DNA from: Sedimentisphaerales bacterium
GTDB lineage: Bacteria; Planctomycetota; Phycisphaerae; Sedimentisphaerales; UBA12454
DNA: 64,000 nt
Reading direction: 5' to 3'
Assembly: GCA_050014075.1 (NCBI GenBank)
Contig: JBEKEA010000001.1
Span: forward strand, 53,764-117,763
The notes under the pieces: model-generated
The model's database searches: none
Told to the model about the DNA's origin: nothing
What the model saw: only the letters and a program-made list of their open reading frames with translations
In this document: positions 63,677 through 64,000 of the stretch, piece after piece
How the letters are laid out: each line of letters opens with the position of its first letter
Position numbering within the stretch: the stretch's first letter is position 1
Program-made: the position numbers and the translations under genes

Positions 63677-64000
63677 TTACTTATTCTGAATAGACTTTTT
63701 CGCTGCCGCGGCAACCGCATCAGCCGTAATACCGAACTTTTCGTAGCAGACTTTATACGGTGCCGAAACGCCGAATCCGCTCATACCGATAAATTCGCCT
63801 CTATCGCCGATATATTTCTCCCAGCCCATTTTAATTCCCGCTTCGACCGCCACTCTTGCCTTAACACTTGGCGGCAGCACAGAATCTTTATACGCCTTAT
63901 CCTGCTGCTCGAACAATTCCCAGCTCGCAAGATTAACGACCTGCGCCTTTATATTTTCAGCCGCAAGTTTCTCCGCGGCCTTCATCGCGATTTCAAGTTC
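63677..64000 (-). CDS. tkt: Transketolase, C-terminal part (N-terminus outside the window)
   Basis: ELFEQQDKAYKDSVLP, VAVEAG, FGVSAP. Confidence 0.9.
   Translation of the reverse strand, partial: ELEIAMKAAEKLAAENIKAQVVNLASWELFEQQDKAYKDSVLPPSVKARVAVEAGIKMGWEKYIGDRGEFIGMSGFGVSAPYKVCYEKFGITADAVAAAAKKSIQNK

Overview
Chromosomal window from a bacterium that is probably a planctomycete (Phycisphaerae/Sedimentisphaerales-like). This placement is inferred from the dockerin-like repeat protein, the short PheT, the EF-Tu switch-I insertion and the RpoB/RpsL signatures. The window holds the tRNA-Thr-tuf-rpmG-tRNA-Trp-secE-nusG-rplKAJL-rpoBC-rpsLG cluster (no fusA follows), pheT, guaBA, hisA, a cysteine/sulfur operon, thiE, ackA, mnmG, acpS, mfd, pfkA and tkt, plus accessory genes and many small dispersed repeats. 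No CRISPR array, rRNA gene or transposase was seen. The main leads are: (1) a coupled three-gene operon with an acetate kinase carrying motifs like the PPi-dependent Entamoeba enzyme, a degenerate acetate kinase and a FolE2-fold protein lacking its metal ligands; (2) an unannotated Cys-Cys-Cys leader peptide after cysK whose codons pair with the RBS of a 50-aa ORF; (3) two tandem small-RNA candidates with anti-Shine-Dalgarno loops; (4) a 105-bp MITE inserted in the pheT start codon that rebuilds the start and RBS; (5) an HNH-AP2 nuclease gene embedded in a string of different short tandem-repeat families; (6) MetF-MetV-pterin-binding and RNase HI-PurN fusions. All calls come from reading motifs by eye, with no database searches.
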